A stretch of DNA of 64,000 nucleotides from an uncultured Chloroflexia bacterium (GTDB lineage: Bacteria; Chloroflexota; Limnocylindria; Limnocylindrales; CSP1-4). Below, piece by piece: positions 1-11,851 of this stretch (the first letter of the stretch is position 1; each line of letters begins with the position of its first letter). The position numbers were made by a program, and so were the translations under genes. The DNA is taken from positions 32,273 through 96,272 of the forward strand of contig CAVRFU010000013.1 of NCBI GenBank assembly GCA_963720495.1. Reading direction: 5' to 3'. Under the pieces are notes generated by a model. It saw only the letters and a list, made by a program, of their open reading frames with translations. It did not search any database and had not been told where the DNA came from.

Positions 1-128
1 CGATGCGCTACGTCCTCGGCCTGGACTCGTTCGAGATCGCCGCCGCGCGGCGGAAGTCGGCATCCGGAACGCGGGCGCGGATCGCGCGCGTGCTCGCGGA
101 GCTGCGCAAGGAGCTGGACCGTGACTGA
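1..128 (+). CDS. 3' end of a probable ECF sigma factor (region 4), truncated by the window edge
   Basis: Frame from nt 3 reads MRYVLGLDSFEIAAARRKSASGTRARIARVLAELRKELDRD*, resembling the sigma region-4 HTH. Its stop overlaps the GTG start of the next gene, as in the cassette at 1811-3633. Confidence 0.65.
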   Translation, partial: MRYVLGLDSFEIAAARRKSASGTRARIARVLAELRKELDRD

Positions 129-1395
129 CCGGCATAGCTCCCTCGAGTTCGAGGAGGCGCTCGAGCTCGCGATGCGGTCGTACGCGGCCAAAGGGCTCCG
201 TTCGTTCGACCCAGAGGCGATCGGCGCGCAGGCTGTTGCCCACGGCGCACGATCGTGGTGGACGGGACAGAGCCCCAGGCGCCCCTTCGCGATGCCCGTC
301 CTCCGGCTCGCGTTGCTCGTCGTCCTGTTCGCGGCGGCTGTCGGTGCGCTCGCCCTTGCCGGCGCGCAGCTCGTGACGCCCGCGCCGCCGATCCCGAGCG
401 TCCTCGCTGTCGGCGGCACGCGCCAGATCGTCCTGCTCGACACGGAATCGAAGATCACCCGCGCACTGACACCGCTGGTCGCGAGCGACAACTACCCCGT
501 CTGGTCGCCGGACGGAACCCGTATCGCATTCTCACAGACCGGTGGTCGCGGGGAGCTGCAGCTCATGGACGCCGACGGAAGCAACCGCCACGCGATCGTG
601 CCCGGAATGACCTCGGGGGAGCCGGTCGCGTGGTCGCCCGACGGCAAACAGATCGCGTTCCTCGGCTACCGATACCCGGGCGGTGCGGGGCCTGGACTCT
701 ATGTCGTCCGTCCGGACGGGACGGACCTGACGATGCTCGTGCCGGACGACAAGGGGTCTGGGATCAGCAGGATCGCGTGGTCGCCCGACGGGTCGCTCAT
801 CGCGTTCGCCGCGCTTGATGAAAGTCGGCCTGTCGACGGCGCTGGTGGGTACGTCTACGTCGTCGACGTCGCCTCCCGCGTCGTGACGCCAGTCGGCAGC
901 TCGCCCGTCGAGACCTTCGGGTCGATCGCTCCGCTCGCCTGGCGCCCGGGCGCGATGGAGCTGCTCTATGCCCAGCAGTACGGGGAGGCGCTCAAACTCG
1001 GCCATGAGGACGTGATGCTTGCGGAACGCGTCGGCGACGGTTGGCGAGAGCGGCCGATCATCACCGGCCTTCAGCCGAGCGATGCGACGTACCCTGAGTG
1101 GCTGGACGCCGAGCGCTTCGCGTACGCTCGTGACGGTGGGCTCTGGGTCGCCGGCGTGGACGGGCGACAGGAGGTCCGGATCGGCGATGCCCCCTCTGAC
1201 CCGTCCGACCCAGCCGACCCAGGTCTCGAGTCGTCTCCCGGATGCGTCGCGCCCGACGGATCGGCGCTCGCCATCCCGATCAACGCTGGCCAAGCCTCTG
1301 GCGTCGCATTCGTCGTCGTGCCAACAGATGGTCGGCCCGCGACGCGCATCAACGTGCCTGGCGGGGCATGCTCGTGGCAGCCCCCGCACCGGTGA
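121..1395 (+). CDS. Membrane-anchored TolB-like (PD40 repeat) beta-propeller protein, probable anti-sigma/sensor partner of the upstream ECF
   Basis: Short soluble N-terminus, one hydrophobic helix (LRLALLVVLFAAAVGALALAG), then repeated WSPDG motifs (YPVWSPDG, VAWSPDG, IAWSPDG). Confidence 0.8.
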   Translation: MTDRHSSLEFEEALELAMRSYAAKGLRSFDPEAIGAQAVAHGARSWWTGQSPRRPFAMPVLRLALLVVLFAAAVGALALAGAQLVTPAPPIPSVLAVGGTRQIVLLDTESKITRALTPLVASDNYPVWSPDGTRIAFSQTGGRGELQLMDADGSNRHAIVPGMTSGEPVAWSPDGKQIAFLGYRYPGGAGPGLYVVRPDGTDLTMLVPDDKGSGISRIAWSPDGSLIAFAALDESRPVDGAGGYVYVVDVASRVVTPVGSSPVETFGSIAPLAWRPGAMELLYAQQYGEALKLGHEDVMLAERVGDGWRERPIITGLQPSDATYPEWLDAERFAYARDGGLWVAGVDGRQEVRIGDAPSDPSDPADPGLESSPGCVAPDGSALAIPINAGQASGVAFVVVPTDGRPATRINVPGGACSWQPPHR

Positions 1396-1582
1396 GACTG
1401 GCACGCGCCAGTGAAGCCTGACGTCTGCGGAGGACCTCGCCGATGAAGCGCCCGCTCCTGGTCGCTCGACCGCATCGACGCGATGGGACTCGACCTCGTG
1501 ATACACCGAGCGCCGAAGCGGAGCGCTACGACTGGTCCGAAGCCTTCGGATCCGAGCCCCTGGTGTATTCGATTAGTCGTTC

Positions 1583-1600
1583 TGGTCGGGGCGAGAGGAT
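1583..1600 (-). repeat. 18-bp direct repeat of the tRNA-Pro(CGG) 3' end (att-like site)
   Basis: tggtcggggcgagaggat at 1583-1600 is identical to 3745-3762, the last 18 nt of the tRNA including CCA, in the same orientation. Confidence 0.85.
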
Positions 1601-1810
1601 CTGGGCCCGCGGAACCTACCGAACCCTGCCGATCGCCGGGGCGATCCGGCGGACTCTGCCTGAGTCGGATCGGGAATCTGCGGGCGGGCTTGACCCGGAC
1701 GCGAAACATGTCGGGGACGGTCGCACGGACAGCCCGCGACTAGATCGAACGATCGAGCCGCGCAATCCCTCTGGAGGAGTAGACGCGCCCACGTCGAGCG
1801 CGCACGATCG

Positions 1811-2374
1811 GTGATCAGGGTGGATCACGACCTCGTCCAGCTAGCCCAGCGCGGTGACCAGGACGCCTTCGCCGTCCTGGTCCGGACGCATGGGGACCGC
1901 CTGTTCGGGATCGCGCGAAGGATCCTCCGCGACATCGATCTCGCCGACGACGCCGTCCAACGGGCGCTCGTCGTCGCCTGGCGGGAACTGCCGAGCCTGC
2001 GCGAGGTCGACCGGTTCGAGTCCTGGTCGACGCGGATCCTGGTCCGCATCTGTTTCGAGCTCTCGCGCGCGACGCGCCGGGACGCCGTCCATCTGGTGCC
2101 ACTCGATGTCGCCATCGAACCGATGACCGCCGACGCCGCTGAGGCTGTGGCTCGGCGCGACCTTCTCGAACGTGGATTCCGGCGACTCGGACCGGAACAG
2201 CGCGCGATCCTCGTCCTGCACCACTACGTCGGACTCGAACCGTCCGAGATCGCCGAAACGCTCGGCATCCCGGCGGGGACGGTCCGTTCCCGACTGCACT
2301 ACGCCCATCGCGAGATGCGCGCCGCCCTTGAGGCCGACTCACGCCTCTTGGTGGCTGGAGGACGACTGGCATGA
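1811..2374 (+). CDS. ECF-family RNA polymerase sigma-70 factor
   Basis: Region 2 (AQRGDQDAFAVLV...ADDAVQRALVVAWRELPSLREVDRFESW) and region 4 (QRAILVLHHYVGLEPSEIAETLGIPAGTVRSRLHYA). Confidence 0.93.
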   Translation: MIRVDHDLVQLAQRGDQDAFAVLVRTHGDRLFGIARRILRDIDLADDAVQRALVVAWRELPSLREVDRFESWSTRILVRICFELSRATRRDAVHLVPLDVAIEPMTADAAEAVARRDLLERGFRRLGPEQRAILVLHHYVGLEPSEIAETLGIPAGTVRSRLHYAHREMRAALEADSRLLVAGGRLA

Positions 2375-3633
2375 CCGACCCCATCGACATCGAACCCATT
2401 CTCGACGACTGGCTCGGCGTTGGGTCCGACATCCTGCCCGATCGTTCGGTCGATGCCGTCCTCCGTACCGTCCGACAGACGACACAGCGGGATGCCTGGC
2501 GCGCTCCGGGGAGGACCACTTATATGCACAACATTCCGCGACTCGCCGTGGCCGGAGCGACGCTCGTAGCCGTCCTTGCCGTCGGCGGGCTCCTTCTCCG
2601 CGGCAGCCCGTCAGCCACCGGCGGGGCCGGCAATGGGCCCGTGCAATCAGCGCCGCCAACACCTTCAGGCACGCCTGCCCCGTCCGCGGCATCGGCCGCG
2701 CCGGCGTACGAGACGCCGCTTGGCATCGCCCTCGTCGGCATCGACGGGACCCTGAGACAGGACCTCGGTCTGCCATCGGATGCGTGGAGTCCGGACCTGA
2801 GCGCCGAGGGCGACCGCGTCTTCCTTCTGACGCGTTCGAAGGACGTGGTGCACTGCTTCGGGTGCGCCAACCCGGGCGCTTGGCCTGCGGTCGTCCCGGT
2901 CGGCAAGACATCCGGCCTCTACATCTGCTGCGACACCGACGGATTCGGCCAGGCTGCCTGGTCACCGGATGGCAGTCAGCTGGCGTACCAACACACGGGC
3001 AAGGACGGCAACGTCGACGTGTACGTGGTCCCCGTCGTCGATGACGGTTCCGGGATTGTCCGCTCAGCAACGCCAGGCGCCTGACAACCGATCCCGCCGT
3101 CGATGGCTGGCCGGCGTGGTCGCCGGACGGCGACGACCATCTACTACACGAACGACGGTGGCACGGGCGCGGACTCCGATGGGTTCTCCGAGACGCAGGA
3201 GATCTGGCGCGTGCCCGCGACCGGCGGGACCCCGCAGCGACTGACGGACAACGCCGAGGCGGACCTCCAGCCGGACGTGGCCGCGGACGGGACCGTCGTC
3301 TACTGGGAGGGTGGCGAGATCCGGACGATGGCCGCCGACGGGACCGGGCAGCACCGGCTCGCGGCGATCCCGTCGGATTTCGGGTTCAACCCGCGCTGGT
3401 CACCCGATGGTTCGAAGATCGCGGTCCTCCAGTACGACGCGAGCAAACGAGCCCTGTTCGACCCGGCCATCCGCCAGGACGCCGACCTGGCGCTCCTTCG
3501 GGTCGTCGTCGTGGATGTCGCGACCGGCGACGCCACGACCGTCGGTCCGCGGGTCGCTTCGTTCCTCAATCCGGTCTCCTGGACACCGGACGGAACGGCC
3601 CTGCTGATCAACCGGTACGACGACGGACCCTAG
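2371..3633 (+). CDS. Membrane-anchored anti-sigma-like protein with PD40/TolB-like propeller; two apparent frameshifts near 3070 and 3135
   Basis: ATGA overlap with the ECF stop, TM helix (LAVAGATLVAVLAVGGLLL), AWSPDG motifs. A third frame bridges ORFs 2371-3084 and 3103-3633 (RRLTTDPAVDGWPAWSPDG), restoring one continuous propeller. Confidence 0.75.
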
Positions 3634-3722
3634 GATCAGCCGGACCTGTGCGGGCGCGAACGTTGTCGGAAGGACTGCGTGGGACGGCCTGACGGCCGAC
3701 GACGTCGATCGACGATGAGGCG

Positions 3723-3740
3723 GACCTCACGCATGAGGTC
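3723..3740. terminator. Short hairpin between convergent units, just 3' of tRNA-Pro(CGG)
   Basis: gacctca-cgca-tgaggtc, 7-bp stem. Confidence 0.35.
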
Positions 3741-3744
3741 GGTA

Positions 3745-3821
<77 letters not shown>

Positions 3822-3954
3822 ACCGCGGGTGCCCGTTGTGACAGGGCCTGCGGATGATAGCGCAAGCCGAGCCGCCGAGCCAAAACCAGTGCCGCCCCTC
3901 CCGGCGTAGGGACCCGTGGCAACCAATGCGCCACACCGAGGAGGGTTCACCCCC

Positions 3955-4519
3955 ATGCGACCGACCCAACGTCCTTCGACGATCCGCCTGCTGAGCGCGC
4001 TCGGCGGCCTCCTGCTCGTCGTCGCCGCCTGTTCGAGCTCCGGGGCATCGGCCTCCGCACCCGCCGCACAGCCCTCGGCCGCGGCGTCCGCTGCCGGTCG
4101 GCGGCGTCCGCCGGCGGTTCGGCCGCTGCCGGTGGCGAGGAATACGTCATCGCCGCCGCGACCGACGCCAAGCTGGGCGGCTTCCTGACCGGCGAGGACG
4201 GCAAGACCCTCTACATCTTCACGCCGGACTCGGCCAACACGAGCACGTGCGTCGACACCTGCGCCCAGAGCTGGCCGCCGCTCGTCGTCGAATCGGACGA
4301 CACGCTCAAGGCCGGCGACGGCGTGACCGGAAAGCTCACGACCTTCGCGCGGCCGGACGGCACGATGCAGGTCGCCTACAACGGCATCCCGCTGTACTAC
4401 TTCGCCGACGACACGAAGGCCGGCGACGTGACCGGCCAGGGCAAGTCGGCGGCAAGTGGTTCGTCGCCTCCCCGACCGGCCCGCTGCCGTCGGCCAGCGC
4501 CGCTGTCAGCGCCTACTGA
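3955..4519 (+). CDS. Secreted lipoprotein with Yx(FWY)xxD repeats (COG4315 / Lipoprotein_15 type); two apparent frameshifts near 4120 and 4444
   Basis: SD gaggag, lipobox LVVAAC. Other frames give LTGEDGKTLYIFTPD...CAQSWPP, QVAYNGIPLYYFADDTKAGDVTGQG and VGGKWFV, the typical repeat motifs. Confidence 0.8.
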
Positions 4520-4535
4520 TCCCCTCGGCCACACA

Positions 4536-4567
4536 GAAACGGCCCTCGCTGATGCGAGGGCCGTTTC
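4536..4567. terminator. Bidirectional intrinsic terminator
   Basis: Perfect 14-bp inverted repeat gaaacggccctcgc-tgat-gcgagggccgtttc between convergent genes. Confidence 0.8.
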
Positions 4568-4585
4568 GATTCGAGATCCCCGGGA

Positions 4586-5587
4586 TCAGCCGCCCGGCGT
4601 CAGCCAGACCGGGTACTCGCGGACGTCCTCGGGGCTGCCGTCCTTGGCCGACGGGTTGTAGGCCCGGAGCGTCCCCCACTGCGCCTTCGTGACCTTGTAC
4701 TGGGCCGTCACGTCGAAGGTCCCGCGACATCCGGACCCGCACGTGGCCATGACCTGCCGGTCGACGAGCGTCTTGCCGCCGGCGTCGATGACCGCCACCC
4801 GGAAGGTCGCCTCGAAGACGTCGGCGTTGCCGACGACGTGGCCGCCAGTGGCGAATGCGGCGCCGTAGGCCGGCCGATCGACGAAGATCGCCGGCAGCTG
4901 CCCGACGTAGTCCGCCCGCGTCTGGGGCCCATCGAGGACCAGGCCCTCGCCGCCGAACACGGTGACGGTCTCGCCCTCGACCTGGAAGACGACCGACCGG
5001 ATCGTGCCGAACTGGGTCAGCGTGTAGACGACCTGCGCCAGCCGGCCCTGCATCGACTCCTTGCCACCGTCGGCGTCGAACTCGGTCGAGAGGTTCACCG
5101 TCGCGATCCCGCTCTTGACGGCCAGGCCGAGGAGGCGGACGCCCTCGGGGATCGCGGTCGACGGCCCGGCCGATTCACCCTCGATCGGGGGCGGGCCGGC
5201 AAGCAGGGACTTCATGGCCGTGGTCGCGACGGCGGTCGTCTTGGGCACCTCGCGCAGGAACGGCGCGAGGCCGACGCTGCCCGGCTCGAGACCGAGGAAG
5301 AAGTAGTTCCGGACGATCATGGTCGCGCCGGCGGGTGCCGGCGTCGCGGTCGGGGCGGGTGTGCCGCTGGCGTCGGGCGCGTCGGTCGGCTCGCCGGACG
5401 GCTCGGTGGAGGGCGTGACCCCGTCGCTCGGCCCGGGTGTCAGGTCCGGACCGGTGGGCTCGCCGGACGGCGCCGGGGCGATGCTCGGGACGGACCCGAG
5501 GCCGCCGGTGCTCCCGCTGCACGCCGCGACGAGCGCGACGATGGTGACCAGGGCGCCGGCGAGGATGAGACGCGGCATGGGCTTCAT
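4586..5587 (-). CDS. Lipoprotein with GerMN domain and C-terminal Gmad2-like Ig domain
   Basis: Lipobox LVAAC, Pro/Thr linker, GerMN motifs (LLAGP, STAIPEGVRLLG, ATVNLS, LAQVVYTLTQF, V.FQVEG), C-terminal GNADVFEATF...GTF. Confidence 0.85.
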   Translation of the reverse strand: MKPMPRLILAGALVTIVALVAACSGSTGGLGSVPSIAPAPSGEPTGPDLTPGPSDGVTPSTEPSGEPTDAPDASGTPAPTATPAPAGATMIVRNYFFLGLEPGSVGLAPFLREVPKTTAVATTAMKSLLAGPPPIEGESAGPSTAIPEGVRLLGLAVKSGIATVNLSTEFDADGGKESMQGRLAQVVYTLTQFGTIRSVVFQVEGETVTVFGGEGLVLDGPQTRADYVGQLPAIFVDRPAYGAAFATGGHVVGNADVFEATFRVAVIDAGGKTLVDRQVMATCGSGCRGTFDVTAQYKVTKAQWGTLRAYNPSAKDGSPEDVREYPVWLTPGG

Positions 5588-5668
5588 GAGTCGAGCTCCA
5601 GATGTGGGGACGATCAGGCGCCCAGCATCCGCCGGGTCGATGGCGGCCGTGTCGCCGAGCGGTAACGA

Positions 5669-7061
5669 TCAGGTCACAGGCAGCCGGAGCTCGATGCGCA
5701 GCCCTCCGCCGACGAGGTTGGCCGCCGTGAGGTAGCCGCCGAGCAGCCCGGCGTGCTCCGCGGCGATCGCCAGGCCGAGGCCGCTGCTCCCGCCGTGGCG
5801 CGACGGGTCGGCCTTGTAGAAGCGTTCGAAGATGCGGTCGAGCTGGTCGGGCGGAACGCCAGGCCCGCGATCGAACACGGCGATCACCAGCTCACCGTCG
5901 ACGGAGGTCAGCGAGACCTCGACCGGCGCGCCCGGCGCGTGCTCGCGGGCGTTGTCGAGGAGATTGGCCAGGATCCGCTCGAGCCTTCTCGGGTCGGTGT
6001 CGATGACGATCGGCGTGGCTGGAACGTCCAGCGTGGCCTCCGGTAGGCGAGCCGCGACGACGGTCCGCACCAGTCGCGGCACGTCGATCGGCTCGAGGGC
6101 GATCTGCTCGGCCCGGGCGTCGAACCGCGAGACCTCCATCAGGTCGTCCACCAGGGAGCGCAGGCGTCCGACGTCGGCCACCAGCAGCTCTCCGGCGCGG
6201 CGGCTCTCCGGCCGGCAGCGAGCCGAGGTGCTCGCGCAGGATCGAGGCCTCCGCGACGAGCGCGGCGAGCGGGGTCCGCAGCTCGTGTGCGACGTCGGCC
6301 ACGAACCGGCGGTTCTGGGATTCCGCGGCCTCCAGGCGGCCGATCGTCTCGGCAAGCGACTCGGCCATCCGGTTGAACCGCTCCGCCCACGTCCCGAACT
6401 CGTCGTCCGAGGTGACCGGCACGCGTGCGGAGAGGTCGCCGTGCTCGAGCCGCTCGGCCGCGCGGCTGGCGGCCTCGACCGGCGCCAGCACGCCGCGCGC
6501 GATGACCCGGGCGACGAGGAGCGCGACGAGGATCAGCACGACCGTGCCGATGATCAGCGCGAGCCGCAGCTGGCCGAGCGCGTCCTCGATCGCCTGCACG
6601 TCATGGACGAAGTAGAAGGCCGGACCGCTCCCGCCGACCCGGCCGCCGACGACCAGGCTCGGCTTTCCGGCGATCGCCGTCCAGGCGTAGGCCAGCTCGC
6701 CGGTGTCGACCTTCGCGCGCATGTCGGCCGGCAGCGTCGGCAGCACGCCGTCGAGGTCGGTGCGCGACACGACCGGGTCGCCGGACCCGATGTCGATGAT
6801 CGAATCGATGTCGCGCTGCAGGAACGTCTGGCGGAGCCCGCTGTCGATGATGTCGGCGCGGGTCGGCTCGGGCGGCAGGCCCCGATCCGGCACGGTCGTC
6901 GAGAGGTCGAACCGCGCCTGGGCGGCCGCGTCACGGAGGGCCTGGTCGTGCAGGCTCGTCTCGACGAAGAGGTAGGCGCCGAAGCCCAGGAGGATCGCCG
7001 TCAACGCGACGAGCGCGACGAGCGTGACGGTCAGCCGGCCCCGGATCCCGCGGATGGCCAT
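5669..7061 (-). CDS. MtrB-like HAMP sensor histidine kinase; one apparent frameshift near 6210
   Basis: Two TMs, HAMP (RVPVTSDDEFG), H-box (FVADVAHELRTPL). Second frame continues to N box (LANLLDNAREH), G1 (DRGPG), F (FERFYKAD) and G2 (GSSGLGLAI). Confidence 0.9.
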
Positions 7062-7069
7062 CGCGCGCC

Positions 7070-7750
7070 TCAGCGCATGGCCTTGTAGCCGGCGCCCCGA
7101 ACGGTCTGGATCAGCGTCGGAGCGGCCGGGTCGGGCTCGATCTTGGCGCGCAGCCGCGCGATGGCCACGTCCACCAGCCGTGAGTCACCGAGGTAGTCGT
7201 AGCCCCAGATCCGGTCGAGCAGGACGTCGCGGCTGAGGACCTGACCGGCCCGGCGGGTCAGCTCGACGAGGAGGTCGAACTCGGTCCGGGTCAGGGCGAT
7301 CTCCGTCCCGTCGCGGGTCGCGGTCCGCCCCGCCAGGTCGATCGAGACCGCGCCCAGCTGGAGACGGGCGGCGTCGTCCGGCTCGCGACCCGCCCGCCGG
7401 AGCGCGGCGCGGACGCGGGCGACCAGCTCCGGGACCTCGAACGGCTTCTTGACGTAGTCGTCGGCGCCCGCCTCCAGGCCGACGACCACGTCGATCGTGT
7501 CGGCCCGCGCGGTGAGCATGACCACCGGGACCGTCGAGGTCCGGCGGATCGCCCGGCAGACCTCCAGACCGTCGACGCGTGGCAGCATGACGTCGAGGAG
7601 CACGAGATCGAAGGCTTCGGCCCCGAACCGTTCCAGGCCGGCCGCGCCGTCGATCGCCGTCTCGACCGTGAAACCGGCGTTGCGCAGCCCGATCGCGGTG
7701 ATCTCGCGGATCGACGGGTCGTCCTCGACGAGCAGGATCCGGGCGTCCAT
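7070..7750 (-). CDS. OmpR-family response regulator (MtrA-like)
   Basis: ILLVEDD, LLDVMLP, LTAR, GADDYVKKPF, winged helix (LTRTEFDLL...RLVDVAIARLRAKIE...TVRGAGYK). Confidence 0.95.
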   Translation of the reverse strand: MDARILLVEDDPSIREITAIGLRNAGFTVETAIDGAAGLERFGAEAFDLVLLDVMLPRVDGLEVCRAIRRTSTVPVVMLTARADTIDVVVGLEAGADDYVKKPFEVPELVARVRAALRRAGREPDDAARLQLGAVSIDLAGRTATRDGTEIALTRTEFDLLVELTRRAGQVLSRDVLLDRIWGYDYLGDSRLVDVAIARLRAKIEPDPAAPTLIQTVRGAGYKAMR

Positions 7751-7805
7751 GCGGTCCCTCGTGCGGGCGGCCGACCGGCCGGCCTCCGCGGCAGTATGCC
7801 CTGCC

Positions 7806-9074
7806 CTACCCCAAGGTCGCCTCGAAGGCCGCGTTCTCGCGAGCCCGTTGCTCGGCGTGGATCGGCACCGTCCCGAGGGCGGCCAGCACGAACGTCACGG
7901 CCATCAGGCCGAACACGATCGGCACGCCCTGCGCCTCGCCGAAGGCGTCGATGACGATGCCGTACAGGATCACCCAGAGCGACCCCACGCCGAAGGCCAT
8001 CGCGAAGTAGAAGGCGTACGACGCGTCGCGGATCGACGGCGGCGCGATGTCGCCGAGGAGCGCCTGGAGCTGCGGGCTCTCCGAGAACGTGAACAGGCCC
8101 ATCAGGACGATCCCGACCCACAGCCAGATCAGCGACGAGCCGGCCGCCAGGAACACGACGAACCCGATCGCGCCACCGAGGTAGACCCCGATGATCAGCG
8201 GCTTGCGACCGATCCGGTCCGACAGCCAGCCGGCGACGAGGGGCATCGGCACGGAGAAGACGATCAGCGCCCCGTACATCAGCCCGGACGTGCCCTCGTC
8301 GAGGTGGAGCACCCGGGTCATGTAGATCAGCGCGAAGAGGTTGACCACGCCCAGGCCGCGGCCGCCGCCACCCAGGGCTGACGTGAGGTACAGCCACAGC
8401 AGGTCACGGTCGTGGAGGATCCGGCCGAAGGCGGACCGGACCGTCCCGCTGGCGAGCGCCGCCGCCCGGTCCGTGCCACGTTCACGGACGAACAGGAGGA
8501 TGAGGATCGCGATCGCGATCGCCGGCAACCCGAAGACGATCGACGCGCCGCGCCAGCCGACCGCGGCGATCAGCGGGACGCCGATCAGGGCGACCACGAC
8601 CGTGCCCACGTTGCCGCCCGCGATATGGGCGCTGATGGCGAACCCGCGCCGTTCGGCCGGGAACTGCTCGGCCAGGAGGCCGTTGCCGACCGGATGCTGG
8701 GGCGAGCCACCGATGCGTGAGGCGATGTTCGGGATGGCGAACGTGGCGAAGCTCGTCGCGAACGCCTGGAGCACGAAGCCACCACCGAACAGGATCCCGC
8801 CGTAGCCGAGCAGCCGCCGCCGCGAGACGACCCGGGTCAGGCCGGCGTAGCTGAGCTGGACCATGCCCGAGGTGAACGCGCCGATGGCCGCCAGGAAGGC
8901 GATCGTCTCCACCCCGACGCCGTACTCGTCGATGATCTTGAGGAAGATCAGGGGCAGGACGACGGCCTGGGCGTGGTTGATCGCGTGCGCCACGGACAGC
9001 AGGCCCAGCGAGCGCATCGGGTGGATCTGGATCGGCAGCACGCGCGTATGCAGCACGCGGGTATGGTGACGCAC
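7806..9074 (-). CDS. MFS transporter (true start may be ATG at 9017)
   Basis: About 12 hydrophobic segments, AGWLSDRIGRK motif, HAINH in TM1. Confidence 0.9.
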   Translation of the reverse strand: MRHHTRVLHTRVLPIQIHPMRSLGLLSVAHAINHAQAVVLPLIFLKIIDEYGVGVETIAFLAAIGAFTSGMVQLSYAGLTRVVSRRRLLGYGGILFGGGFVLQAFATSFATFAIPNIASRIGGSPQHPVGNGLLAEQFPAERRGFAISAHIAGGNVGTVVVALIGVPLIAAVGWRGASIVFGLPAIAIAILILLFVRERGTDRAAALASGTVRSAFGRILHDRDLLWLYLTSALGGGGRGLGVVNLFALIYMTRVLHLDEGTSGLMYGALIVFSVPMPLVAGWLSDRIGRKPLIIGVYLGGAIGFVVFLAAGSSLIWLWVGIVLMGLFTFSESPQLQALLGDIAPPSIRDASYAFYFAMAFGVGSLWVILYGIVIDAFGEAQGVPIVFGLMAVTFVLAALGTVPIHAEQRARENAAFEATLG

Positions 9075-9169
9075 GTTGGCCTACGTGGTTGGGCCAACCG
9101 GCGGGCCGAGGTGCGTCGAGTCGCGCCCGCGGCGTTCGCGGGCAGGGTTCGCGAGGTCCTAGCGTGCGC

Positions 9170-9439
9170 CTAGCGCTTCTTCTTGGGGACCTCGTAGAGG
9201 GCGTCGTGCGGGTCGGCGGCCTTCTTGTGCGTGGGCGCGCTGCCCTTCGCCGGCTCGTTCTTCGGCAGGACGTACAGGAGCATCAGCCCGAGCGGGCCGA
9301 AGATGAGGCAGATGATCGTCCAGAACCAGGCATTCCGGCCGAACTTGGGGGCGTTCTGGTAGGCATAGACGGCGCAGACGATCCAGACCACCGCCCCGAG
9401 GACGACGAAACCGGTACCGACGAGGGTGGGTGTATCCAT
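9170..9439 (-). CDS. Small two-helix membrane protein of unknown function
   Basis: 89 aa, two hydrophobic helices, W...LIFGPLG.LLY motif, basic tail. Confidence 0.65.
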   Translation of the reverse strand: MDTPTLVGTGFVVLGAVVWIVCAVYAYQNAPKFGRNAWFWTIICLIFGPLGLMLLYVLPKNEPAKGSAPTHKKAADPHDALYEVPKKKR

Positions 9440-9539
9440 GGGGCTCTGGGACCTCTAAAGGCGGCTCGGGACGGCGTCGACCGCGTGTGCCCCGCCATGA
9501 TGACGGAACCGGTGGTCCCCGAGTGCGCCGTGCCGGCCC

Positions 9540-11684
<2,145 letters not shown>

Positions 11685-11851
11685 GGATCTCCTGACGGGT
11701 GCCGTGCGCTGCTGTGAACGACGGTGAGCACGACGCGACGAAAGACCCGCGCGGCACCGCCAAAAGCCTACCAGCCGGCTAGGTTGCGGTTCAGCATCGG
11801 CTGGTCCTACAAAGGGTTGTGCCTGTCCCGCGACCACCCTCGCGGGGCCCG

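Larger units (their letters stand above)
1601..3744. mobile_element. Putative integrase-less genomic islet at tRNA-Pro(CGG) carrying an ECF sigma cassette
   Basis: Bounded by the intact tRNA 3' end and its 18-bp duplicate. No integrase-sized ORF inside. Confidence 0.55.

Noticed and set aside
1443-1814. 123-aa ORF spanning the att-like repeat
   Set aside because: No family motifs, crosses the island junction and has non-coding-like composition.
11805-11830. Sigma54-like -24/-12 motif upstream of glnN (GGCAC-AACCC-TTTG)
   Set aside because: The -12 GC is absent at the required spacing.
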